This document shows, piece by piece, positions 21,433-30,309 of a DNA stretch of 64,000 bases; positions within the stretch are counted from its first letter, which is position 1; the number at the start of each line of letters is the position of its first letter. This DNA comes from Chitinophagales bacterium (GTDB lineage: Bacteria > Bacteroidota > Bacteroidia > Chitinophagales > LD1). The notes beneath the pieces are model-generated. The model ran no database searches. It was not told the origin of the DNA and worked only from the letters and a program-made list of their open reading frames with translations. The DNA is taken from NCBI GenBank assembly GCA_035299425.1, contig DATGWP010000080.1, positions 95-64,094 on the forward strand, read 5' to 3'. The translations under genes were made by a program, and so were the position numbers.

Positions 21433-22455
21433 CTACAGCAGAATATTATTCTCTGGCTTTAATGGCGCTGGTACATCGGGTTGATTGAACATTTCTTTCA
21501 AGTCAATTTCAATCGTTCTGCTGATAGCAGTAATAGGTACATCGTTGGCGCTGCCTTCAAAGGGGCTTTCGGTGCTTTCGCCTATCTTTTCCATAGTGGT
21601 GAATATCCAGGTAGAGAGCGCGCTGAACGGAACGGACAACCATATCATGTGCTCCCCCATTTTGTTGAACTCCTGCAACATACCCAGCGGCACCAGAAAC
21701 ACAAATATTTTAATGAAGTAGAGATTGAGTGTGGCATACTGCCGCGGGTAAGGAAAGTTTTTGATGCGCTCGGATACGCCTTGCTGGTTGTAAAATTCCA
21801 CAAGTAGCTTTTGCAGCTCCATGTGGCGAAAATCTTCTATCAGGCCTTTCTCTAGCAGCCCACGCAGGTAGTCGGATTGCATGGTGATAATCTGCGCTGC
21901 CTTGTTTGATTTTTTGAAAAGTGCATCTACTTCTTCAGCAGTGAGATATTTTAATAGTTGCTCTTTTAAATCGCCTTTGTGTTCGCTTACACGGAACCAT
22001 TTGTTTTGATACTCCTGGTTGTGGGGTTGGTAAATTGCTTCCCACACACGGGCTTCGCGCAGCTGATACCTTAATGCCGTAAGCCATGCAAAGTGACGGT
22101 TAATCAATTTCAATTTCACCTCCTCCAATTCGGTATCGGATAGTTTAGTAACGGCATGTTTGTTAGTTATAAAATCTTTAACCAGTATGCCCCAGCTGCG
22201 GCTGGCGTTTAATATGGCGCCCCAGGCCTTGCGCGCCTCCCACATACGGTCGTAGCTGGCGTTATTTTTAAAGCTGACTACAAAAGCTACAGCCGTGCCC
22301 AATAGTGCAATAGGCAACCAGGGGATGGAGAGCCATGTCCAACCCAGCACCGCATAACAGAACGTAGGAATAAATGAGATGACAAGTAATATGTAAATGT
22401 CTTTACGAGTCCAGGTTATTACTTCTATAAAAGAAAAATGTTTGCCGCTATGCAT
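21433..22455 (-). CDS. Bestrophin/UPF0187 (YneE-like) family channel protein
   Basis: ORF 21433..22503, with the start moved to ATG 22455 (MHSGKHF...). The TM pair and FKNNASYDRMWEARKAWGAILNASRSW match the family signature. Confidence 0.78.
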   Translation of the reverse strand: MHSGKHFSFIEVITWTRKDIYILLVISFIPTFCYAVLGWTWLSIPWLPIALLGTAVAFVVSFKNNASYDRMWEARKAWGAILNASRSWGILVKDFITNKHAVTKLSDTELEEVKLKLINRHFAWLTALRYQLREARVWEAIYQPHNQEYQNKWFRVSEHKGDLKEQLLKYLTAEEVDALFKKSNKAAQIITMQSDYLRGLLEKGLIEDFRHMELQKLLVEFYNQQGVSERIKNFPYPRQYATLNLYFIKIFVFLVPLGMLQEFNKMGEHMIWLSVPFSALSTWIFTTMEKIGESTESPFEGSANDVPITAISRTIEIDLKEMFNQPDVPAPLKPENNILL

Positions 22456-22518
22456 GGGTTGGTTTTGGTAACAAGTATAAGCAAAGTGGAGAAAATGGAG
22501 CAAGACCTACTCAAATAC

Positions 22519-22555
22519 AAGATCTTTCACTTCGCAAAGCCTCGTTCAGGACGAC
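22519..22555. repeat. REP-like element in the convergent gap between the bestrophin-like and GH31 genes
   Basis: The minus strand reads GTCGTCCTGAACGAGGCTTTGCGAAGTGAAAGATCTT. This resembles the GTCATCCTGAGCGAAGCGAAGGATCT-type repeat that I recall from Bacteroidota intergenic regions. That is from memory and was not searched. Confidence 0.4.
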
Positions 22556-22562
22556 AAAAAAA

Positions 22563-24194
22563 CTAACGCTGAACGGTAAGGTTACCGGTTATAGTTTCGG
22601 CAGAAGAGTTGGTGGTTGATTTTATGCTGTAATAGTAAACACCATTATCTACCGATTGAACCGAAACGCTTGTAACTGCACCATTAAGCTTTGCGCTTAG
22701 CAGGTTGCGGCCGAGGGCATCGAACAGGCGGAACTCGTATTGCTCTGTAGCGTTAAACTCCAGGCCACCGATGTGTATCTCTTTGCTGGCTGGGTTAGGG
22801 TAGATGAGTACTTTAGGGGTATTGTGTGCTACTTCGCTTACACCAGTAAAGGTGGCAACTACACTATCTAGCACTTGTAACATGCGCGAATTAGATTTTA
22901 CAAACACGGGGTACTCATTCAAAGGTACATCTATAATATTGCTGGTACCGCTTGCAAAGGTTTTGCTATTATCAAACAAATAGACCCAGGTATCATTGGT
23001 GCCGGGGAAACTGTTTACCAATACCGTAGGCGAATTGCTGGTGATAGGTGCTACAAAGATATCGCTGCCAAGTGTGTACTGGTAGTCGGTGCTGTTGAGA
23101 AACTGCATAATAGACTGTGTGGCATTAAACAGCGAATCGCCCTGGTGCATCAGGTACGGAATCATGGCGTGGTGCAGGCGGGTAAATTTATTGTAGATAG
23201 CATCTGTCTCGGCATCCCACATCCATGGGCGGTGCTCGCCGCCGCCACCGTTTTCCATTAACGGGCTAAAAGCCCCCAACTGCGCCCAACGTAGGAACAG
23301 ATCTTTTGTGCGGCCATTGGGAATGCCTGACTCATCCCGGTAGCCGCCAATATCTGACCCCACTACCAGGTAGTTGTTTACATCGCTTTGGTACATATTA
23401 TTAAGTGCCGCAATCATGCCATCGTAGGTAGCATCCTGATCGCCCACCCAGCAGGCAAAACCAATATCGCGTGGGGTGAATGATACCAGGTTAGGGTCGG
23501 TAATAAATGTGTAACCGTAATTATCTACCGGGCGGCTCATGTTAGCACGGTCGTTGCCCAATTGTTGACGGGTATAATCGTGAAAAAAGCGATAGTAAGC
23601 GTGCGAATACTGCAGGCGGGTTACATTGGCCCCCATGCCCGGTGAATAGGTGGCACCGGCCAGAAAGATGGAGTAGTCGGTACCATCGCATTTCCATCCA
23701 TCTATGCCCATGCTAAGTGTTTTGTCAACCAGCGATTTCCACCAGGCTACTGCATCGGGATTGAAGAAATCTATCATACTGCCGTCGCCCTTCCACCAGG
23801 GAATAACAGCGGAGCCTCCACCGGCGCTTTGTTTCATGAAGTAACCCAGCGAATCGCCATAGTGCCACAGCTCTGTCATATCGGTATTAATAGCCGTGGT
23901 AACCCATACTATAACTTTCACATCGCGGGAGTGAAAAGAATCAATCATAGCCTGTGCATTGGGAAACAGAGTGGTATCCCAATCAAAGGTATTGTAACCG
24001 GTCTCCCATGGGCTATCTATAATAATAGCGCCTACCGGTATGTTGTGCGCTTTGTAATCGTCTATCAGTTGCAGGGCGCTGTGCTGGGTGCTTTCGTCTT
24101 CCCATACCCAATGGTGGTATACAAATTCTGGGGCAACCTGTGCGCTTAAGTTGGTTATAGCAAGAACCAGGAACAGGAGGAAAATTCGGGCCAT
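22563..24194 (-). CDS. Glycoside hydrolase family 31-like enzyme with T9SS C-terminal sorting domain
   Basis: Start moved to ATG 24194 (MARIFLLFLVLAITNLSAQ signal peptide). GIDGWKCDGTD resembles the YicI nucleophile motif GFKTDFGE, and WVGDQ resembles the acid/base region. The tail is LIYPNPASKEIHIGG.... Confidence 0.72.
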   Translation of the reverse strand: MARIFLLFLVLAITNLSAQVAPEFVYHHWVWEDESTQHSALQLIDDYKAHNIPVGAIIIDSPWETGYNTFDWDTTLFPNAQAMIDSFHSRDVKVIVWVTTAINTDMTELWHYGDSLGYFMKQSAGGGSAVIPWWKGDGSMIDFFNPDAVAWWKSLVDKTLSMGIDGWKCDGTDYSIFLAGATYSPGMGANVTRLQYSHAYYRFFHDYTRQQLGNDRANMSRPVDNYGYTFITDPNLVSFTPRDIGFACWVGDQDATYDGMIAALNNMYQSDVNNYLVVGSDIGGYRDESGIPNGRTKDLFLRWAQLGAFSPLMENGGGGEHRPWMWDAETDAIYNKFTRLHHAMIPYLMHQGDSLFNATQSIMQFLNSTDYQYTLGSDIFVAPITSNSPTVLVNSFPGTNDTWVYLFDNSKTFASGTSNIIDVPLNEYPVFVKSNSRMLQVLDSVVATFTGVSEVAHNTPKVLIYPNPASKEIHIGGLEFNATEQYEFRLFDALGRNLLSAKLNGAVTSVSVQSVDNGVYYYSIKSTTNSSAETITGNLTVQR

Positions 24195-24233
24195 AGTGTG
24201 TTTGTTTTGTATGCCTAAACTAATGAAATAAAT

Positions 24234-24256
24234 AGTATTGAGTATTGAGTATTGAG
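24234..24256. repeat. Three tandem copies of the heptamer AGTATTG upstream of the GH31 gene
   Basis: AGTATTGAGTATTGAGTATTGAG was read directly. An inverted partial copy, TATTCAATAC, lies at 24281..24290. Confidence 0.8.
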
Positions 24257-24339
24257 AAATTAAAAACCATAACCGCTGACTATTCAATACTTTCTAATTT
24301 TTACTTTTTTGGCTTAACCCAAAAAAGTAACAAAAAAGG

Positions 24340-24512
24340 TCAAGGCTGTGTGACTTTCGGCTAAAAATCACTCCGTAAACCTAAACTGCGTGAACTTGTG
24401 GCGCGAAATAAATTTGTGCAAATATTAAGTTTAGCGCCGCGCCACTTCGAATAGCACGCAGTTCTTAACGGTTTACTGCATGATTTTTTTAACGCCGAAA
24501 TTCACAAGGCCT
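24340..24512. repeat. Long imperfect palindrome (about 170 nt) between the phoD-like and GH31 genes
   Basis: The left arm is CAAGGCTGTGTGACTTTCGGCTAAAAATCACTCCGTAAACCTAAACTGCGTGAACTTGTGGCGCG. It matches the reverse complement of the right arm in the blocks AAGGC, TGTGA, TTTCGGC, AAAAATCA, GTAAACC, ACTGCGTG and GTGGCGCG. The central loop of about 30 nt contains TAAATTTG. Confidence 0.7.
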
Positions 24513-24547
24513 TGCAGTACTCGTCACGAAAAGAGGTTCAAAAAGCT

Positions 24548-26434
24548 TTAGTTGATTTTAATCACGCGTTCGCTTTTGGTGTTCTTTTTGCCTGAAAGGC
24601 GAATGGTGTAGAAGCCTGATGCAAAGTTGCTGCCGTTGAAGGTGGCGTGGTTAAGGCCTACATCGGCTTTGCCTAAGTTGCTCTTAAGCACTACCTGCCC
24701 GTTGGCGTTTAATACCTCCAGCGTAATGTCTTCGGCTTTGGCGGCATTAAACTGCACTATTACCTGATCGTAGAATGGATTCGGGTGAATCATGATAGTT
24801 GTAATGCTACCGGTCAGGTTATTTATAGATGTGCTAAAGGAATTGTTAGGTGCCAATGGCGGATAAGTGTTGGCCGGAGCAGACGCAGTAGCGGCTGTGC
24901 GCAAAAACTTTTCGCCATCGTTTACATACCACGATGGGCCGGGCACCGTAGAATAAACCTGTGTTTTTACATCGGTAAAGAAAACAAAATCGCTTTGCAC
25001 CCGGCTGGCATTTACATCCAGTATATAATAGCCGTGCTCGGTAAGGTCTACAAACCTTACGTGTGGCGCCAGGCCATAGATAGTAATAGGAGTAACCAGT
25101 TGCGGCAACTCATTACCCGATGATATACTTGGCGTTACAAACTCCACGCCTATCGAATTCTGGCGGGTAGTGTCGGAGTAACCCTGCAGGGGCAAATCGT
25201 TGGCCCAGGCGGTGTGTATATCGCCCGTGAGCACTACAATATTATCTATATTATTATCTAATATGTGCTTGTATAGTTTTTCGCGCTCGTAGGGGTAGCC
25301 GTCCCACTGGTCGGAGTTTATCATAACCGGTGTAGGACCTGCAAAACCCGGTGGTATAATAAGAGGTGTCATTATTACCTGCTGGCCAATAATCTGCCAG
25401 CGGGCGTTAGATGTATCGAGGTTGTTATTTAACCAATCGAACTGTACCGGCCCCACCATTGTGCGGGTTGAATCTGTAACTACCGAATCGGTAACCGGTA
25501 TAAACTGACCACCAGTAGCCTGCTTAGAGCGGTCATATAAGCGCGTATCAATCATATTAAGACTGATAAGGTTGCCAAAATTAAACTGGCGGAAAATGCG
25601 GAAGGTATCGGCCTCATCGGGAAAACGCACCGGCAGCCATTCGTGATAAGCTTTCACTGCATTTGTTTTGCGGGTGTACCAATCGCCATCGTTTACGCCG
25701 TGGTTTTTGGCCCCATCGGTGTACGAGTTGTTAGTTGTTTCGTGGTCGTCCCAAATGCATATCCAGGGATATTGCTGGTGGGCGGCCTGCAAATCGGGGT
25801 CGAGGTGATATTGCGATTGACGTATACGGTAATCTACCAGCTCAATTGTTTTTTTAGCCGGTTCATGTATTCTATCTGCCAAAGCTACCTGCAGCGGCCC
25901 ACCCTCGTAGGTATAGTCGCCCAGAAACAACACAGCATCTACATCGTTGCGCTGGCTAAGGTGGCGGTGAGCGTTGTAAAAGCCATCCTGGTAATCCTGG
26001 CAACTGGCCACCGCAAAGCGCAGGTTATTTACCATGCCTACCGGTAAAGTTTTGGTGCGGCCAATAATTGACTTAAGCGTATCGTAGGTAAAACGGTAGT
26101 AATACCATGTGTTAGGTTGCAGACCGGTAGCATCTACTTTTATAGTGTAATCAACGGTGCTGTCGGTAGCAGCCACGCCACTGTTTACCACACTATTAAA
26201 ATTTGTATCGAGGGCTATTTGCCAGTTTACGTTAACCGGGTCAACAGTAGGGTCGAGCGTGATGCGGGTCCAGAGAATTACTCTATCGGCCAGTGGGTCG
26301 CCAGAGGCAACACCGTGGTAGAAGGGATAAAGTTCAGGGTTAAGCTGCGAACGGCTGGGGTCGTTGGGGCCACCGGCCTGCGCTGATAGATTGGCAAAGA
26401 AAAATACGAGTAACAGGGGGAAGAGGTGTTTCAT
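24548..26434 (-). CDS. PhoD-family alkaline phosphatase/phosphodiesterase with T9SS C-terminal sorting domain
   Basis: 628 aa with a signal peptide. The metallophosphatase motifs FLGDYTYE, IWDDHETTNN and VLTGDIHTAWAN are present. The tail is MIHPNPFYDQVIVQF.... Confidence 0.85.
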   Translation of the reverse strand: MKHLFPLLLVFFFANLSAQAGGPNDPSRSQLNPELYPFYHGVASGDPLADRVILWTRITLDPTVDPVNVNWQIALDTNFNSVVNSGVAATDSTVDYTIKVDATGLQPNTWYYYRFTYDTLKSIIGRTKTLPVGMVNNLRFAVASCQDYQDGFYNAHRHLSQRNDVDAVLFLGDYTYEGGPLQVALADRIHEPAKKTIELVDYRIRQSQYHLDPDLQAAHQQYPWICIWDDHETTNNSYTDGAKNHGVNDGDWYTRKTNAVKAYHEWLPVRFPDEADTFRIFRQFNFGNLISLNMIDTRLYDRSKQATGGQFIPVTDSVVTDSTRTMVGPVQFDWLNNNLDTSNARWQIIGQQVIMTPLIIPPGFAGPTPVMINSDQWDGYPYEREKLYKHILDNNIDNIVVLTGDIHTAWANDLPLQGYSDTTRQNSIGVEFVTPSISSGNELPQLVTPITIYGLAPHVRFVDLTEHGYYILDVNASRVQSDFVFFTDVKTQVYSTVPGPSWYVNDGEKFLRTAATASAPANTYPPLAPNNSFSTSINNLTGSITTIMIHPNPFYDQVIVQFNAAKAEDITLEVLNANGQVVLKSNLGKADVGLNHATFNGSNFASGFYTIRLSGKKNTKSERVIKIN

Positions 26435-26564
26435 AATGGCGATTATTGAGGCTGTAAAGTAGAAATATTTTTCTATAGATAAAGGCAGGATTGGAGATGC
26501 ATGATTACGCAGATTAAAGCCAAGCGCTAAATTAACAGTTGCCGTTGCCGCGAGAACTTGATTT

Positions 26565-26775
26565 TAACCGTTGGTTAAAACCAACGGCAATTTGATAAGC
26601 GGAATTCTTATCTGGTAAATGCGGACTAAAGTACGTGAATACAAATTGTAGCCACGAATGCACGAATAGAAAAGTTGATATGCGGGCTTTGGGACTTTAA
26701 TACCGTTGACTGAAGTCAACGGCACTTTTTGATAAGCGAAATTCTGCTCTATTTTATTGCGGACTGAAGTGCGCC
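26565..26775. repeat. Two direct copies (about 133 bp apart) of a ~72-nt composite hairpin unit
   Basis: Unit A is AACCGTTGGTTAAAACCAACGGCAATTTGATAAGCGGAATTCTTATCTGGTAAATGCGGACTAAAGTACG. Unit B is TACCGTTGACTGAAGTCAACGGCACTTTTTGATAAGCGAAATTCTGCTCTATTTTATTGCGGACTGAAGTGCG. Confidence 0.7.
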
Positions 26776-26815
26776 CCAATAAAAAAGCCGACAGCCGGCT
26801 TGTTGATGACAATTA

Positions 26816-26823
26816 TATCTTTG
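26816..26823 (+). promoter_or_regulatory. Candidate Bacteroidota -7 promoter box for the PLP enzyme gene
   Basis: TATCTTTG fits TAnnTTTG and lies 22 nt before ATG 26845. TTG motifs occur about 20-25 nt upstream. Confidence 0.35.
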
Positions 26824-26844
26824 CGGCTCTTAAAACTATTGAAC

Positions 26845-27984
26845 ATGAAATTTGGAACGAAGGCAATTCATGCCGGTTTAGAACCAGACCCATCTACCGG
26901 TGCCATTATGACCCCTATTTTTCAAACATCTACGTATGTGCAGGAGTCGCCGGGCAAGAATAAAGGATATGGTTATGCGCGTGGTAAAAACCCAACGCGT
27001 GTAGCGCTGGAAAAAAATATTGCAGCGCTGGAAGATGGTAAGCACTGTGTGTGTTTTAGCAGCGGCATGGGCGCTACCGATGCGGTAATAAAATTACTTA
27101 GCCCCGGCGATGAGGTAATAACCGGTGATGATTTGTATGGGGGCAGCTACCGCATGTTTACCAAAATATATGAGCCTTTTGGTATTAAGTTTCATTTTAT
27201 AGACATGACGGATGTAAACAACATCAGCAAGTATGTAAATGAAAAAACAAAGCTGATATGGGTAGAAACCCCTACCAACCCAACTATGCAGATAGTAGAC
27301 ATAGTGGCCTGCGCGAAAATTGCAAAGGCAAATAATATACTACTGGCGGTTGACAATACGTTTGCTTCGCCGTACCTGCAAAACCCGCTGCTGTTAGGTG
27401 CCGATATTGTAATGCACAGTGTAACGAAATACCTGGGCGGGCACAGCGATGTAGTAATGGGTGCACTGATTGTAAATGACGATAAGCTGCACGAGCGCTT
27501 ATATTTTATACTAAACAGCTGCGGGGCTAACCCGGGGCCGATGGATTCGTTCCTGGTGCTTCGTGGTATTAAGACCCTGCACCTGCGCATGGAGCGACAC
27601 TGCTTCAATGGCCGGAAGATTGCAGAGTATTTGAAGACACACCCGCGGATAGAAAAAATTTACTGGCCGGGTTTTGAAGACCACCCTAACCATGCTATTG
27701 CCAAAAAGCAAATGAAGGATTTTGGGGGTATGATATCGATAGTATTAAAAGGTGCCTCGCTGGATGATACTTTTAAGTTTGCCTCTTCATTCAATGTATT
27801 CTCATTAGCAGAATCGCTGGGTGGTGTAGAGTCGCTGATTAACCACCCGGCAACTATGACCCATGCATCGGTGCCTAAAGCCGAGCGCGAAAAAGTAGGC
27901 GTAGTTGACAACCTGCTGCGCTTAAGTGTGGGAGTAGAAGATGTGGAGGACCTGCTAGAAGATTTGAAACAGGCGTTGGGTTAA
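26845..27984 (+). CDS. Cys/Met-metabolism PLP-dependent enzyme (cystathionine gamma-synthase/beta-lyase family)
   Basis: ORF 26800..27984, with the start moved to ATG 26845 (MKFGTKAIHAG...). The PLP-lysine motif is SVTKYLGGHSDV. A TATCTTTG promoter box lies at 26816..26823. Confidence 0.88.
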   Translation: MKFGTKAIHAGLEPDPSTGAIMTPIFQTSTYVQESPGKNKGYGYARGKNPTRVALEKNIAALEDGKHCVCFSSGMGATDAVIKLLSPGDEVITGDDLYGGSYRMFTKIYEPFGIKFHFIDMTDVNNISKYVNEKTKLIWVETPTNPTMQIVDIVACAKIAKANNILLAVDNTFASPYLQNPLLLGADIVMHSVTKYLGGHSDVVMGALIVNDDKLHERLYFILNSCGANPGPMDSFLVLRGIKTLHLRMERHCFNGRKIAEYLKTHPRIEKIYWPGFEDHPNHAIAKKQMKDFGGMISIVLKGASLDDTFKFASSFNVFSLAESLGGVESLINHPATMTHASVPKAEREKVGVVDNLLRLSVGVEDVEDLLEDLKQALG

Positions 27985-28027
27985 ATACAATTGCCACGAA
28001 GGTCGCGAATAATACATTACATAATAC

Positions 28028-28058
28028 AAACGCCCGGGCTATGATGTACCGGGCGTTT
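28028..28058. terminator. Bidirectional terminator between the PLP enzyme and S9 peptidase genes
   Basis: AAACGCCCGG and CCGGGCGTTT form a 10-bp stem with an 11-nt loop, sitting between convergent genes. Confidence 0.8.
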
Positions 28059-28071
28059 ATGCTTGTTGACT

Positions 28072-30198
28072 TCAATAAAATTTCATACCCAGCATTTGCA
28101 TTATAAAGGTGTACTTTAAAGATATCTGCTGAAAGCCTTCCATGGCATTTGAAACGTTATGCCCGGCGTTTTCCTCGCTATATAGTAAATACGGAACAGG
28201 GCCATTTCTATCTTTTTGCAGCGCCGCCAACAACTTATATGAGTGAAAAGGAACTACGCGATCATCATTAACACCACTGAACAACATACAAGCGGGATAT
28301 CGAACCCCACTTTTGATATGATGGTAAGGTGAAATTTTAGCGAGGTATTGAAATTCGGTTGAGTCTTCGGGATTTCCAAATTCATCATAACCAATTGCAC
28401 CGGTAATAGAATATTTATGAAACCTAAGCAGATCGTAAACGCCAGCTACAGGAACTACCACTTTAAACAATTCGGGCTTTTGTGTCATTGTTTCAGCCAT
28501 TAGCCAGCCGCCCTGAGAACCTCCTGTTAAAGCTATTCTTTGCGGATTGGTATATCTATTCTCAATCAGCCATTTGGTAGCAGCAATAACATCATCTACC
28601 GATTTTTGTTTGTTCTTTTTACGCCCTGCATTATGCCAGTCGGCCCCAAATTCGCCACCGCCACGTATAAGTGGTATGGCTATAACGGCCCCTTTTTCAA
28701 GCAACATATTGTATGTAAAGTCGAAATGCGGCCGTTGGGCTACACCAAACCCACCATAGGCATACAAAAGCACCGGATTATTACCATTTGGTTTTACTTT
28801 TTCATTGTGAATAAGATACATGTAAATTTCTGTACTGTCGGCAGAGCGGAAACTTACAACCTCTGTAGTGTTTACCGACCCTATTGACAGTTCTGCGTCC
28901 TCTTCGGGCAAAGAGCTTTTAAACGTATTAAGATTAAATTTTAATGTGATTCGCGGGCTGGTAAAAGTACTTACATAATAATAGGTAATACTGTCCTTAT
29001 ATACTTTATTAAACCCTTCGATGGAAGCTGCCGGTGGTACATCAATACGTTTGATAAGACCGCCAACACTATCGAACACCAGGCAGATGTTATTCCCCTT
29101 CTCCATATAGATACATATAACCTTACTATTTAAAGAATGAACACTTAGCAGGTTTTGATTAAACATCTCTATCAGCTGCTTACCCTGATTGACTTTTGTA
29201 TAATCATATAGCATTACTTTGCCTTTGGGTGCTTTATGGTTAGACTTTGCCAAAAACATACCGTTATGCTCATCTACAATACTTATAGTCCTATCCGTAA
29301 TGCCCGGCAGCATTAAAAAGCACCGCAAACTATCACGTCCCAGTTCTTCTGATTTAATGTACGAAAAAGTGCCTGCGCTTTTGCCACTAATTTCTTTCTG
29401 CTCGTAAATGACAACATACTTCCCTTTAGCAATAACTGAATACCTTTTATCGTTCTCATTGGAAACACTAAGAGCAATATCTGATTTGAAATCGGTGCCG
29501 ATGACATGGTAATAAATAGCAGAGTTTTTAATAAACGAGGAAATATGATTATCGCCGTCCGGCTTATCGTATTGCTGATAAACAAATCCATCTTTGCACC
29601 AGTCTACATCACCTTTAACCCATTGCAACTTATCGGCCAATACTTTTTTACCTGCCACCTGAACAATTATAACCTCCTGCCAATCGCTACCGCCATGCGA
29701 AATTGATACAACAACCAGCGAATCGTTATCGGACACAGTGATGTTGTTAATATTAATCACATCCGTCTTACTTTTCAGGAACTGGCCTGTAATAAGAAAG
29801 TCATCCCATCCATTAGAGCGTTTTGTTTTAAACTGAATAGTGGGAGCATTATCAAAAGAAACACTTTGCTTTACAGTAAAATAAAAAGCGCCTATTTTTT
29901 GACTTGTATATGTTTTGGACCTGCTGCCCATATATGACAATGCCAATTCCCTTTCGGTAATTGTATACTCAGAAAAAACACTATTCCGGTATTTACGCAC
30001 CATTTCTTCCTGCTGCGCCAGCCAGTCTTTAGTTTGTTTTGAATCTAACTCTTCGAGCGACCGAAAAGGGTCGGGGATGGAGTACCCGAACTGGTTAATG
30101 GTATCGGCACCGGTTGGCAACACCGGGTAAGTATATTGCTGCGCTGCTGAAAAAAAGGCAGCGCATACGAAAGCTGCTGCCAAAAATAAGTGCCTCAT
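28072..30198 (-). CDS. S9-family prolyl oligopeptidase-like serine peptidase
   Basis: 708 aa with a signal peptide and a beta-propeller-like N-terminal half. The nucleophile motif is LTGGSQGGWL, and the C-terminus carries ...ENAGHNV (His). Confidence 0.82.
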   Translation of the reverse strand: MRHLFLAAAFVCAAFFSAAQQYTYPVLPTGADTINQFGYSIPDPFRSLEELDSKQTKDWLAQQEEMVRKYRNSVFSEYTITERELALSYMGSRSKTYTSQKIGAFYFTVKQSVSFDNAPTIQFKTKRSNGWDDFLITGQFLKSKTDVININNITVSDNDSLVVVSISHGGSDWQEVIIVQVAGKKVLADKLQWVKGDVDWCKDGFVYQQYDKPDGDNHISSFIKNSAIYYHVIGTDFKSDIALSVSNENDKRYSVIAKGKYVVIYEQKEISGKSAGTFSYIKSEELGRDSLRCFLMLPGITDRTISIVDEHNGMFLAKSNHKAPKGKVMLYDYTKVNQGKQLIEMFNQNLLSVHSLNSKVICIYMEKGNNICLVFDSVGGLIKRIDVPPAASIEGFNKVYKDSITYYYVSTFTSPRITLKFNLNTFKSSLPEEDAELSIGSVNTTEVVSFRSADSTEIYMYLIHNEKVKPNGNNPVLLYAYGGFGVAQRPHFDFTYNMLLEKGAVIAIPLIRGGGEFGADWHNAGRKKNKQKSVDDVIAATKWLIENRYTNPQRIALTGGSQGGWLMAETMTQKPELFKVVVPVAGVYDLLRFHKYSITGAIGYDEFGNPEDSTEFQYLAKISPYHHIKSGVRYPACMLFSGVNDDRVVPFHSYKLLAALQKDRNGPVPYLLYSEENAGHNVSNAMEGFQQISLKYTFIMQMLGMKFY

Positions 30199-30309
30199 TG
30201 TGGATGATGAGTTTAATTAAAGTATGCGCAATTATAACCAGAAGTAATTATTTAAATACTATTTATATTCTATATTATTACTCACCCTTTTGTTTTACAG
30301 GGTTGCCGT

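Noticed and set aside
24195-24287. N-terminal extension of the GH31 ORF (MNSQRLWFLISQYSILNTIYFISLGIQNKHT...).
   Set aside because: The extension is translated from the AGTATTG heptamer array and the promoter region. A canonical signal peptide starts at the internal ATG 24194.
26564-26812. An 82-aa minus-strand ORF in the gap upstream of the PLP enzyme gene.
   Set aside because: Its peptide is an internal repeat (RTSVRNKIEQNFAYQKVPLTSVNG and RTLVRIYQIRIPLIKLPLVLTNG) that mirrors the two REP-like DNA units. It is most likely not a gene.
26435-26844. A possible SAM riboswitch in the 410-bp region upstream of a methionine/cysteine-metabolism gene.
   Set aside because: A good TAnnTTTG box (26816..26823) lies only 22 nt before the ATG, which leaves the structured units outside the likely leader. 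I did not recognise the conserved cores of SAM-I or SAM-II. A cmscan run against Rfam would settle this.
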